A stretch of 64,000 nt of DNA from Dendrobates tinctorius. Taxonomy: Eukaryota. Position 1 is the first letter of the stretch. Every line of letters starts with the position of its first letter. A model generated the notes under the pieces. The model did not search any database. It saw only the letters and a program-made list of their open reading frames with translations, and had not been told where the DNA came from. The position numbers and the translations under genes were made by a program. Shown here piece after piece: positions 37,101 through 49,211 of this stretch. The stretch spans positions 36,890,001-36,954,000 of the forward strand of contig NW_027361766.1 in the NCBI RefSeq assembly GCF_039654945.1. The letters are read 5' to 3'.

Positions 37101-38479
37101 TATAACACAACAACTGAACAATCTTGTTAGAAATTTCGATCTGTCCAAGAGTCAGGCTGAGCTCTGAGGTTCCAGGCTACAGCTGCTTGCGATGTTCAGA
37201 TTTCTCTATTCCACAACAGTGATAAAGATCTTGTCCAATACTTCTTCATAGACTGGGATCTTGTGGCATGCAACAGCATCAACAGTTTAATGGCAGCTCT
37301 GAAGGTAAGTAATAGTGTTGAGCGATACCTTACGATATTGGGAAATATCGGATGGGATTGGATCGGACCAATACCCAAAAAGTATCGGTTATCGCCGATT
37401 CCGATACTGGAAAAGAATGCAAGTCAATGGGACAGAAATATCAGAATTAAAATAAACCCTTTCTTTCCTTGTAGGTTAATTCTACATGAAAGAAAACAAC
37501 TAATAATAATGTAGAATGTATTGGGGGAGGTGGAGGAGACATTAAAGGCACAGAGGTTTAGCCCAATCAAATGGAATAGCAGGAATATATTTTTTTAAGA
37601 CGTTCGGAGTTACAAAGATATTGACTATGTTAACCTTTTTATATTTTGTCAGATATGTATGTTTCACTACTTCCATGCTCTTCACCTTCTTTTTTACTTC
37701 TCCCAGACTTTCTCCTTCATGATCCTCAGCAGCAGCATCTTTTTCATCAACTTCTCCTTCATCTTATTCATCTTCTTCTTCTTCACCTTCTTCCCATTAT
37801 TCTTTTTTTTACATTCTTCATATTCTTCTTATTCAACTATTATTCTTCTTCATATTCTACTTGTTCATCTTCTTCCTATTCTTCTTCTTCTTCATCATAT
37901 TCCTATTTGTGAGAGGCATTCCTGTAGTTGTTATCTATAAAAGTTTGAAGATTACACCTTCCGTTCTGCCTGTCACAAAAGATTTACAACAGGACTTGTC
38001 CGCGTTCAGTTTGGCCTGCAGTGGCAGGCATTTTCCAGGGGCACCATGAGGAGGAACGGACTCACCCTCATACACTGCTTAGTCTTCTTCTGCTTATAAT
38101 TTAGATAATATCTTTTGCTCTGATTTTTAGTCTTATGCTTAATGTTCTTCTGCTTTTTGTTCTTCTGCTTCTTGGTCTTCTGTCTCTTGTTGTTCTGTAT
38201 CTTGGTGGTTGTCTTCATGTTCTTTGTCCTCTTGGTCATCTTCATCAGGGTCATCTTTTTGGTCTTCTTTGGGGTGGTCTTCAGGGTCGTCGTCTTTGGG
38301 GTCATCGTCTTCTTCGGGGTGGTCTTCAGGGTCTTCGTCTTCAGGGTCATCGTCTTCGGGGTCGTCGTCTTCTTCGGGGTCGTCTTCATGGTCGTCGTCG
38401 TCTTCAGGGTCGTCGTCAGGGAGATCCAGAGTGATTACCAAAAACCATTTCAAAAAGCTTGAACTTGGAAATGTAGCAG

Positions 38480-40800
38480 AAGGTACAAGAAGGCTGAGGA
38501 ACTGCCGAGAACCAGCTGACAGTATTGGAACCCGGATGTGTAGCAGAAGGTACACATGAAAAACAAAGTTGCAAGGCCACGTGCCGGCCACAGTTACCAA
38601 AACCCAGAGTCCTACAGGGGGTGCTTGTCCTATTGGCACTATGGAACCAGCCTTTATTGCCAGATCCCGCAGCCCACATAGGAAGCACCTAAACTGCAGG
38701 CACCATAGAGTTGGCTAACCCGACTGCAACACGAAAGGACAAAGTTTTGGAGGCAAAGTGACGTTAACACTACCCGGAAACAGCTGGCACCATAGAGTCG
38801 GCTAACCCGACCGCAACACGACAGGATAACGTATTGGTGGCAAAGAGATGTTGACACTACCCGGAAACAGCTGGCGTGCTGAAACCAGGCTGGGCAGGAG
38901 GGAGTACCCGTGCTAAAGACACTGCTGAGAACCAGCTGACGGTGCTGGAACCTGGATGGATAGCAGAAGCTAAAAGAGCCAATGGAACTACCGAGGACCA
39001 GCTGACGGTGTTGGAACCCGGAGGGGAAGCAGAAGGAACAGGAGACAATTTCACTACCGAAGACAAAGCTGATGGTACTGGAACCCGGTTCCTAAGCAGG
39101 AGGTACATGTGCTAGAAAGCACTACCAAGGACCAGCAGACGTTGCTGGAACTCGGATACCGAAAAGGAGGCACCAAAGCCATAGGCACTGCCGAGAACCA
39201 GCTGATGGTACTGGAACCCGGATGGGTAGCAGAAGGTTCCCATGAAAAAGAAAGTTGCAAGGCCATGAGCCGGCCGCAGTTACCGAAACTCACAGTCCTA
39301 CGGGGGGTGCTTGTCCTATTGGCACTACGGAACCAGCCTTTATTGCCAGATCCCGCAGCCCACATAGGAAGCACCTAAACTGCAGGCTCTATAGAGTCGG
39401 CTAACCCGACCGCAACACGACAGGACAACATATTGGTGGCAAAGTGACGTTGACACTATCCGGAAACAGCTGGCGTGCTGGATCCAGGCTGGGCAGGAGG
39501 GCGTACCTGTGCCAAAGACACTGCCGAGAACCAGCTGACGGTGCTGGAACCCAGATGGGTAGCAGAAGCTAAAAGAGCCAATGGAACTACCGAGGACCAG
39601 CTGACAGTGCTGGAACCCGGAGGGGCAGCAGAAGGAGCAAGAGCCAATGGCACTACTGAGGACAAGCTGATGGTACTGGAACCCGGTTACTAAGCAGGAG
39701 GTATCTGTGCTAGAAAGCACTACCAAGGACCAGCAGAGGTTGCTGGAACTCGGATACCGAAAAGGAGGCACCTAAGCCAAAGGCACTGCCGAGAACCAGC
39801 TGACAGTACTGGAACCCGGATGGGTAGCAGAATTAACAAGAGCCAATGGAACTACCGAGGACCAGCTGACGGTACTGGAACCTGGAGGGGTAGCAGAAGG
39901 AACAAGAGCCAATGGCACTACCGAGGACCAGCTGATGGTACTGGAACCCGGTTACTAAGCAGGAGATACCTGTGCTACAAAGCACTACCAAGGACCAGCA
40001 GACGTTGCTGGAACTCAGATACCGGAAAGGAGGCACCTAAGCCAAAGGCACTGCCGAGAACCAGCTGACGGTACTGGAACCCGGAGGGGTAGCAGAAGGA
40101 ACAAGAGCCAATCGCACTACCGAGGACCAGCTGATGGTACTGGAACCCGGATGGGTAGCAGAAGCTACAAGAGCCAATGGAACTACCGAGGACCAGCTGA
40201 CGGTGTTGGAACCTGGAGGGGAAGCAGAAGGAACAGGAGCCAATGGAACTACCGAGGACCAGCTGATGGTACTGGAACCCGGTTACTAAGCAGGAGGTAC
40301 ATGTGCTAGAAAGCACTACCATGGACCAGCAGACGTTGCTGGAACTCGGATACCGAGAAGGAGGCACCTAAGCCAAAGGCACTGCCGAGAACCAGCTGAC
40401 GGTACTGGAACCCGGATGGGTAGCAGAAGGTACACATGAAAAACAAAGTTGCAAGGCCGCGAGCCGGCCGCAGTTACTGAAACCCACAGTCCTACAGGGG
40501 GTGCTTGTCCTATTGGCACTATGGAACCAGCCTTTATTGCCAGATCCCGCAGCCCACATAGGAAGCACCTAAACTGCAGGCACCATAGAGTCGGCTAACC
40601 CGACCGCAACACGAAAGGACAAAGTTTTGGAGGCAAAGTGACGTTAACACTACCCGGAAACAGCTGGCGTGCTGGAACTAAGCTGGGCAGGAGGGAGTAC
40701 CTGTGCCAAAGACACTGCTGGGAACCAGCTGGCTGTGCTGGAACCCAGGGTAAATACTGCAAACAGAGTGGAGCCAGAGGCCTAATTGGAGTAAGTTTAA
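38480..40800. repeat. Hierarchical tandem array inside the hAT (~62-bp subunits in 0.7-1.2-kb blocks)
   Basis: Recurrent ACCAGCTGACGGTACTGGAACCCGG; block marker GGAACCAGCCTTTATTGCCAGATCCCGC near 38643, 39329 and 40523. Confidence 0.9.
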
Positions 40801-41750
40801 AATCTGTAGTTGCGTGAGTGTGGACAGAGCAGGAGAAATTGCCGGACACACAGCTGGGGATCAGATGTCATTTCTGGACCCCTATAGCACTGGAGCATAT
40901 GTTGAATGTGCAGATGGCACTTCTGAGCAGCAACTGGCGGTGTTGGAGCCCAGGGTCAATCAGGGTGTAGGCTGAGGCCTAATTGGAGCAAGTTTAATAT
41001 CTGATGTTGTGTGAATGTGGACGGAGCAGGAGATTTTGCCGGACACACAGCAGGGGTGCAGCTGGCGTTACTGAACCCCACTAACACAGGAGCTAGTGTT
41101 TTTCTCTGTGCAGACGGCACTTCTGAGCAGCAACTGGTGGTGTTTGAGCTCAGGGTCAATCAGGGTGTAGGCTGAGGCCTAACTGGAGCAAGTTTAATAT
41201 CTGATGTTGTGTGAATGTGGACGGAGCAGGAGATTTTGCCGGACACACAGCAGGGGTGCAGCTGGCGTTACTGAACCCTAATAACACTGGAGCTAGTGTT
41301 TTTCTCTGTGCAGACGGCACTTCTGAGCAGCAACTGGCGGTGTTGGAGCCCAGGGTCAATCAGGGTGTAGGCTGAGGCCTAATTGGAGCAACTTTAATAT
41401 CTGATGTTGTGTGAATGTGGACGGAGCAGGAGATATTGCCGGACACACAGCAGGGGAACAGCTGACATTACTGAACCCCACTAACACAGGAGCTAGTGTT
41501 TTTCACTGTGCAGACGGCACTTCTGAGCAGAAACTGGCGGTGTTGGAGCCCAGGGTCAATCAGGGTGTAGGCTGGGGCCTAATTGGAGCAAGTTTAATAT
41601 CTGATGTAGTGTGAATGTGGAGGGAGCAGGAGACATTGCCTGACACACAGCAGAGGAGCAGCTGGCATTACTGAACCCCACTAACATAGGAGTTAGTGTT
41701 TTTCTGTGCAGACGGCACTTCTGAGCAGCAACTGGCAGTTTTTGAGCCCT
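40800..41750. repeat. 200-bp tandem repeat, 4-5 copies, inside the hAT
   Basis: TCAATCAGGGTGTAGGCTG at 40956, 41156, 41356 and 41556. Confidence 0.93.
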
Positions 41751-41819
41751 GGGATTACAGTTCAGGTGGTAGAAGCATGAACACAACAGGAGACCTGGAT
41801 ACTGTTGCCAACCAATTAT

Positions 41820-44800
41820 TTAATCTAGAAGAGGACTGGCAAATTACAGCGAGATCCAGGCCTTGTTCATTTTCAGAAAAGTAAGCCAGTCAACGTTATC
41901 GGAGGATAGTCGCATGCGACCGTCTGTTAGTACACCACCTGCGGCACCAATGCATACTGGCTAAGCTCTGGCCATGTGTCCAGCTTAGAGACCCAAAACT
42001 TGAAGGGGGAAGAGCGGTCTGGGAGTACACTGAGAGGGTAAGACATGTAGTCTGTCACCATCTGACGGAAACGTTGCCTCCTGCTGACTGGAGCCATCTG
42101 TGATGGTGTAGACATTTGTAGCGGGGACACAAAACTTTGCCACATTTGGGCCATACTGGTCTTGCCTTGTGCTGAGGCGCTGCTTCTGCTCCCTCTTTGT
42201 GCAGAGCTTCCTCCACTGCCTCGACGTACAGAGCTGTTTTGTAAAGCACTAGCAGCACTGATCTCGGGTGGAATGGAGAACATGATGGAATGCACCAGTG
42301 TGTCTTGGTACTCCCGCATTTTAAGCTCAGGGTTCAACGGTGTTATGAGGCTTTGTAAGTTGTCCCTTTAGCGAGGATCTAGGAGGGTGTACACCCAATA
42401 ATCAGCCATGTTGAGAATGTGGGCGATGAGGTGGTTGTTTCTCAGGCACTGCAGCATGAAATCAACCATGTGCTGCAGACTCCCAACTGGCCAAGAAACG
42501 CTGTCCCCTGCTTGAGGCGTCATCTCTGCCTGCTCTGCATCACCCCACCCTCGCTCTACATACTGACTACTAGAGCATTGTGTACCTCCCTCCCCTGGAG
42601 AGATGTCTTCCTCCACCATTGACCCCTCCTCATCCTCCTCACAAAGTGTCCCCTGCTTGGGCCTTTGTGAGGAACCACGTTGCACAGACTGTCCAGAAGC
42701 AGATGGCATTTGTGACTCCTCATCCTCCACCTCTTCCAAAACCTTGTCCCTTAGTGCTTGCAGTGTTTTTTGAAGCAGGCAGATAAGGGGGACAGTCATG
42801 CTGACTAGTGCATCATCTGCACTCGCCATCCGCGTGGAATCATCGAAGGCACACAAAACGTGGCAGATGTTCTTCATAGAGGCCCACTCAGTGGTGGTGA
42901 AGTGTGAACGGCGCGCAGTACGACTTGTTTGCGCCTGATGCAGCTAGTACTCCATTACTGCTGCCTGCTGCTCACACAACCACTCCAACATATGTAACAT
43001 TGAATTCCACCTGGTGGGTAGGTCACATATGATGCGATGTTCCGGAAGGCAGAATCGGCGCTGCAGAGCTGCAATGCGCGATCTTGCCATGCTGGAACAC
43101 CGCAAGTGAGCGCACTCTATGCGGACCTTGTGCAGCAGGGCATCAAGATCCGGATAGTCCCTCAAAAAACTCTGCACATGTGCCAGACATGGGATGTGAG
43201 TGAGGTTGCCTAGGCCCAGAGCTGCCACCAGATTTCGGCCATTGTCACACACTACCAAGTCTGGCTGGAGATTCATTGGCACAAACCACACATCGCTCTC
43301 CTGCTTGATGGCATTCCAGAGCTCCTGCACTGTGTGGCTTCGATTCCCCAAAGAAATTAATTTCAGTACGGCCTGTTGACGTTTGACCATGGCTGTGCTC
43401 ATATCGGTCGTAACAGGTAAGCATTCACGGGTCCATGTGGAGGTAGAAAGTGAAGGCTCCTGCAGCGCTGATTCTGAGGAACTGGAGTATGAGGAGGAGT
43501 CAATGTGTACAGACTGGATTCCTGCAAACCTTGGAGTTGGCAGAACACGTACAGCGCCCCTCTCAAGATCTGTACCCGGCTCCACAACAATTACCCAATG
43601 GGCAGTGAGGGAAAGTTATCGTCCCTGTCCATGGTTACTGGTCCACGCATTGGTGGTCAGGTGGACCTTGCTACTGACGGCGTTTAGTAGCGCATCTTTA
43701 ATTTTTCCCTCCACATGCTTTTGCAGGGCAGGGACGGCTTGCCTGCTGAAATAAAAGTGGCTGGGCACGTTGTATTGTGGGACTGCCAATGCCATGAAGT
43801 TCCGGAAGGTGTCAGTCTCCACCAGCCTGAATGAGAGCATTTCAAGGGACAGTAGTTTTGCAATGCCAGCATTCAGAGCCTGTGCTCGGGGATGGTGTGC
43901 CGAGTATGGCCTCCTTTTCTACCATGCCTGTGCTACCGATGGCTGTAGAGCAGCCTAGGAGTGTGAGGATGACAAGGAACGTGGTGCTGTGGGTGGAATT
44001 ACACTGGCTCTCTGGACAACAGTGCCAGAGGTTCTTCCATGGCGATCCTGTGAGGAAGCCGAACCAGCTGTGTGTGAGCTGGAGGAAGAGGCTACAACAC
44101 GAGCTGAAGAGGTGGTAGGTGGTGCTGTAGGTTGGCCTATGTCTTCATTGTGTCTTTGTAACTCCACCACGTGCTTGGTCTGCACATGTTTCCACATATT
44201 TGTGGTATGGAGGTTGCTGACACTTTTCCCTCTTTTGACTTTCTGATTACACAGCTTGCATTTGACAAAGCAAATGTCATCTGCAACTGTATCAAAAAAG
44301 GACCACGCACTGCAAGTCCTGGGAGCACCAGTTTTGGGTTTTGGAAGAGGAATGCTACTAATGGGTGCCGAAGTGGAGGCTACAGGCAACCAAGTCTGCC
44401 CCCTCCCTCTCCCTCCTGTTTTGGCCATTTGGGGAATCTCTTCCTCAGAACTACTCACACCACCTTCCTGTTCCTCAAGCCATGATGGGTCAAGGACCTC
44501 ATCATCTACACTACCCTCTTCAAACACCTGCTTCTCCTGGGTAGTCTCGCCAGAACAGTACGCACCTGAAAGTGGCACCTGAGTCTCATCATCAGATGCG
44601 TACAGAGGTGTGCTGACCATAGGTACTGGCCCACCAGCCTCTTCACATTCAGAGAGACAAAGAAGTTGCGCATCACTGCATACTCCCTCTTCTTCACATT
44701 CTAGAATGCTGCTTGGCTGGCCCCCTGTTTCCAAGCCAAGAGATTCAGAGAACAGAAGTAGAGATGGCTCCTGTCCAGGGCTCTCTGACTGCCTGGGCAA

Positions 44801-45097
44801 TTTGGCAGGTGGTGAAGAGACAGATGGTTGCTCTTCAGTGCTCTGGACCTGAGAGTATATGGAAGTAATTGAAATCGATGCGTTAGGTGCCATCCATCCG
44901 ACAACGGCTTCAATTTGTTCGTCCCGCAGCAGTGGGGTACGGTGAGCTCGTACAAAGCTGCTCATAAAGGACTGTTCCCTGGTAAAACTGGGGGATGCTG
45001 AGTCACTGGTGCCTGCAGCATGCACAGAATCCCCACGTCCTCTCCCTGCTGAAACTCCACGCCCATGACCACGTGCCTTACTCCCTGCCTTCTTCAT
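41820..45097 (-). pseudogene. BED-finger hAT transposase (ZBED-like) pseudogene
   Basis: BED finger WSFF..CKLC..MWKHVQTKH, VHLTTNAW (first catalytic D changed to N), CDNG, CLAH, TRWNS, LLDPR and dimerisation domain. The SERVFS segment with the catalytic E is deleted near 41948; several stops and frameshifts. Confidence 0.93.
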
Positions 45098-46084
45098 CTT
45101 GGTAGACTGATAAAGATAGGCAGAAAAGTACCAAGGGCTTAGTGTGCTTATTCCTGAACAGCTGCTAACAGGTATAAGAAACACTAATTTTATAAAGTGT
45201 GGATTACACTTTAATATGAGCTAATGTGGCCCACACAACTGTAAAGTGGAATGTTTGGTGAACTTTATTTACGTGTTTTTTTATACAAAAAAAAAGGATG
45301 TGACCAAAGATGTAAAAGCGATAGTATCACAAACTTTTTGTAGCTATTACAATGCAGGAAGGTAACCTACAATGCAATAAATGAGGCTACAAAAAATAGG
45401 CTAATACTAATCTGGCTGGGGCTGCAGGGCACAAGCCAGCAGAAAGGCTCCTCTATCTACTCCTATATAGTGTTTGCATCCAATCTAGCTGGATACGGAT
45501 GGTAGCACACTAATAGGAGAAATTCAGGAAAAATAAGCAGCACTACAGCAAAAAAGGACAATGAATGAGGCAGTGACGCACGCTGAGCGGACTACAACCA
45601 GGGGTGGCTGCAGAACACACTACAGCGTGAGCTGCACTCACACACAGAGACTTCACAGACAGCTGTGAACAGTGCAGAGAACTGTGCACTAGCACTGAAA
45701 GGCTGCAAAAAGGCTCCTCTATCTACTCCTATATAGTGTTTGCAACCAATGCAGATGGATACGGATGGAAGCACACTAATAGGAGAAATTCAGGAAATAT
45801 AAGTAGCACTACAGCAAAAAAAGACAATGTATGAGGCAGTGATGCACGCTGAGCGGACTACAACCAGAGGTGGCAGCAGAACACACTACAGTGTGAGCTG
45901 CACTCACACACACAGACCTTGCAGACAGCTGTGAACAGCGCTGCAAGGCAAAATAAAGCTTCACACAGCGCTTGCTAAAGTAGCCTGGCTAAAGCACAAT
46001 ATAGCAAATCGCTATCTCAAACTGTCCCTCAGAGTCAAAACAGCAGCGTCCTGTCCCTAACTGAATTCACAGCAGAGTGAACAA

Positions 46085-46142
46085 AAACATGGCGGCGGCG
46101 GCTTTTATAGTGCATCATGACATCATTTTAGCAGCCAATCAC
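46085..46142 (-). promoter_or_regulatory. Candidate hAT transposase promoter
   Basis: In minus-strand order: CCAAT box (46135-39), TGATGTCA, TATAAAA (46103-09), YY1-like AACATGGCGGC. About 1 kb upstream of the ATG at 45097. Confidence 0.45.
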
Positions 46143-48425
46143 AGCCATGTCATTAGTTAACATGCCTAAATGCCTAACACGATTTGCCCACACTTCTTAG
46201 GATTCCTCAATGGCTGAATCAAAACAAACTGGCTCATAACATTATGGGAACTTCTGATTCCGGTATTCCATATGCAAAAAGTATCGGAACTCAGTATCGG
46301 AATTCCGATACCGCGAATATTGGCCGATACCCGATATTTGCAGTATCGGAATGCTCAAGACTAGTAAGTAATAAACCAGAGGAATGGAAGCTCTTCATCA
46401 ATTCGTCCAAAACAAGTCTAAAGTTGTCTTGCTTAATAATGCCAATGTGCTACCTTCAATACCAGTTGATTATGCAGTTTACATGAAAGACACATATGAA
46501 TGACTACATGAAAAAACTGTTGGGGTGCCTCAATTATAAATGACATTTGTGGCTCCTCTGTGGTGACTTAAAGGTGGTTGCCCTCTCCACGCCACAAAGT
46601 ACTGCTGCTTTCTCTGTGAGTGGGATAGTCGTGCAGAAAAATATCACTTCAAAAAAAGGACTGGCCTCTTTGATATTCATTTCAGCCAGGGAGTTAATGT
46701 GTTCTGCATCCACCACTTGTTGACCCATATAAGATTTTGCTATGACCATTGCATATCAAGTTGGGCCTTTGTAAAGGCAATGGATAAAAATGAAAAAGCA
46801 TTAAAGCATCTCATTGACAAATGTCCAACATTGCATGAAGCAAAGATAGAGGAAGGAGTCTTTATTTGACCTCAGATTAGTAAGCTTATTCAAGTTGAGG
46901 GATTTCTACGTTTGTTGCCGGCCAAGGAAAGGCTGAATGTGCAGCATTCATATTAATGGTAACTAATTTTTTGGGAAACTCAAGAGCAGATAACTAGGAA
47001 GGGTTGGTGGAAAAATCTCAAAACATAAGGTTCTTGGCTGTAACATGTTGCTAAAGACTTATAGACTTTTTTCCACCATACTGCATCACAGAGTGCAACG
47101 AGCACGGTGAGAGATTTCACCAAGCCATTGTGGCTATGAAGAAATGATATCAAGGAAAATGGAATCCATCAATGATTGAAGATTACTGTTGGGCAACTGT
47201 AAGAGATGATCCAATGCAGGAGGAGTACAAGAGACAAGAAAAAAGTGTTGTCACTGAATCAGAATAAATTTTGTAGAGCAATTTCAGTAACTATTTATAA
47301 TTTTCAATAGTTTTTAGACATATTTTAGTTATTTGAATTATTGATAAGTTTCCTCTAAATAAATATCAGAAAATTAGCATAACAAAATATTCGGAATCTT
47401 TATATTTGCAAAAGTAATACATGTTTCAAAGTACTGAATATTTTGACAGTAATTATGTATAGCTGTAAATGAAAAATTCTTTAATATCATGGAAAGCCAA
47501 ATAAAAGTTTTTATTCTCAGATTTCAATTCAGGAGGTAAAAATCATTAAGAAATGACTCATAACTTAACCTGACAACTTTTGAAAATATTTAGAACAGTA
47601 TAATTTGATTCAATTGCTGCACTACATGTGTCCTGTACAGAAATATATTAAGCATCCTTTGAGCCCTCTGTAGTGAGCTTTAAGATATGCCCTGTTACTG
47701 GAATCGCCATTGGGTTGATGTTGAAAATGTAGGATGTAAACACAATTGATTGTTGATATTGTAAATAATTGTTTTATTTTTACTCTTTGTTTTCTTGTAA
47801 ATTTCTCCATAACTATTTTTCAAGGATTACACATGAATATTCTGAAAAAAGTAAAAAAGTTAATAGCAAATACGTTAGTATATTTTTAAAAGATCTAGTG
47901 ATTTTTGGGCCACCTCTTACGAGGCTCCCATACACATCGTATAAGGCTCCGATACACAACAAATTAATGTGGACCAAACTTGCCAATATTAATAGCTTCA
48001 GGCAACAGTGCCATGTGTATGGAGGCACTTTACTTTTCCCTCATGGTTGAATGTTGGGGGTGATAAGGACTATTTTGTTTTTAAGAGATAAGCATCCACC
48101 TGAGGAGACAGACACTGACTTTCTCATTGAGGACAAAGGAGTCAAACTGAGCAAGTGTTTCTGTATAGTGGAGAGTCCAGCAACATATCTGACAGCCAAG
48201 TGATAGGCTGAGCTATTGTTGGCTGACAGTTATAAACAGTAGAACAATGTACCACAACTCCAGAGTCTGCTAAATATTTTTAAAGGTCTTTTGTAGTCAG
48301 GCAGGGGTTCTTATTTGCCTCTCTTGCAATCCTAGCAAATCTACCAGCTCTCACTGAAATTTTGAGGTTAGAAAAGACTGGGTTTTTATAAAGTTGGGAA
48401 ATTTGCATCACCTAGCCTTTCCTAA

Positions 48426-48990
48426 AGGCCCCGTTAAACACACCGATCTCTCCAGCAAGATCGCTGTGTGTGATGGGGATCAGCGACCGGCCCCCCCTGC
48501 CGGGTATCGCTGATTGTGCTGGATCGGCCTGGGCCGTTTTTCGATCACTGGTTTCCCGCTGGCCAGCACGCATCGCTGCGTGTGGCAGCGAGAGACCAGC
48601 ATCAGTGACTCTGGTTTCTAATGTAAACATTGGGTATCCAGTAGCCGCGGCTCCTGGATACCCGCTGTTTACCTTGGAAACCGGAGTACACGCTGGTTTC
48701 GAAGGTAAACATTGGTATCCAGGAGTCATACAGCTCTTAGATAACCGGTGTTTACCTTGGAAACCAGAGTGTACACCGGTTTCCAAAGTAAACAGCGGGT
48801 ATCCAGGAGCCGCGGCTCCTGGATACCCGATGTTTACATTAGAAACCAGCGTCCAGCGTCGCTGGTCCTGACTGCTGGAGGGGCTGTCTTGTGACAGCTC
48901 ACCAGCGATCAGCCTAACAATGTCCCAGCGATCCCATCATGTCGGATTGTTGGTGGGATCGCTGGGACATCGTTATGTGTAACGGGGCCT
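48426..48990. mobile_element. Harbinger-type MITE with internal palindrome chain
   Basis: TIR AGGCCCCGTTA, TAA TSD (48423-25, 48991-93). Confidence 0.9.
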
Positions 48991-49211
48991 TAACAATGGC
49001 AGTTAACAAGGTATAACCTTAGCAGGCTAATTAAGGTCTGAATACTTGGTCAAAGTTATCTGAGTACACAAATGTACAAGGGTGCCAAATTTTTGCATTG
49101 GTCCAAAATGCAAAATGTAAAAATTATAATTATTTTTTTCCCTAAATGTATAGGAAATGTGCCATCTTTAACTGTATTGGAGCCATGCTTATTGCTCGCA
49201 GGAGAGAGCTA

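Larger units (their letters stand above)
37313..46363 (-). mobile_element. Full-length 9051-bp hAT (Ac-like) transposon, inactive
   Basis: TIR TAGTGTTGAGC / GCTCAAGACTA, perfect 8-bp TSD GTAAGTAA (37305-12, 46364-71), CCGATA/TATCGG subterminal repeats. Confidence 0.96.
36217..47600 (+). mobile_element. Degenerate Chapaev3-like (CMC) DNA transposon, split by the hAT insertion
   Basis: YICG, GDQDKSWAPH, PTNHTTNC, LNNLVRNFDLSK before the hAT; EWKLFINSSKTSLK, CGDLKVV, KYCCFLCEWDSRA, PLHIKLG, EHGERFHQ, DYCW after it. TIR remnant TCATTTCTTAATGATT at 36242 inverted near 47541. Superfamily name is from memory. Confidence 0.72.

Noticed and set aside
38480-41750. CRISPR-like repeat/spacer appearance
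   Set aside because: The spacers are themselves repeated, the DNA is eukaryotic and there are no cas genes; these are tandem arrays in a hAT.
43955-45184. Domesticated ZBED-type host gene
   Set aside because: Lies within TIRs and a TSD; the rest of the transposase has stops, frameshifts and lost catalytic residues.
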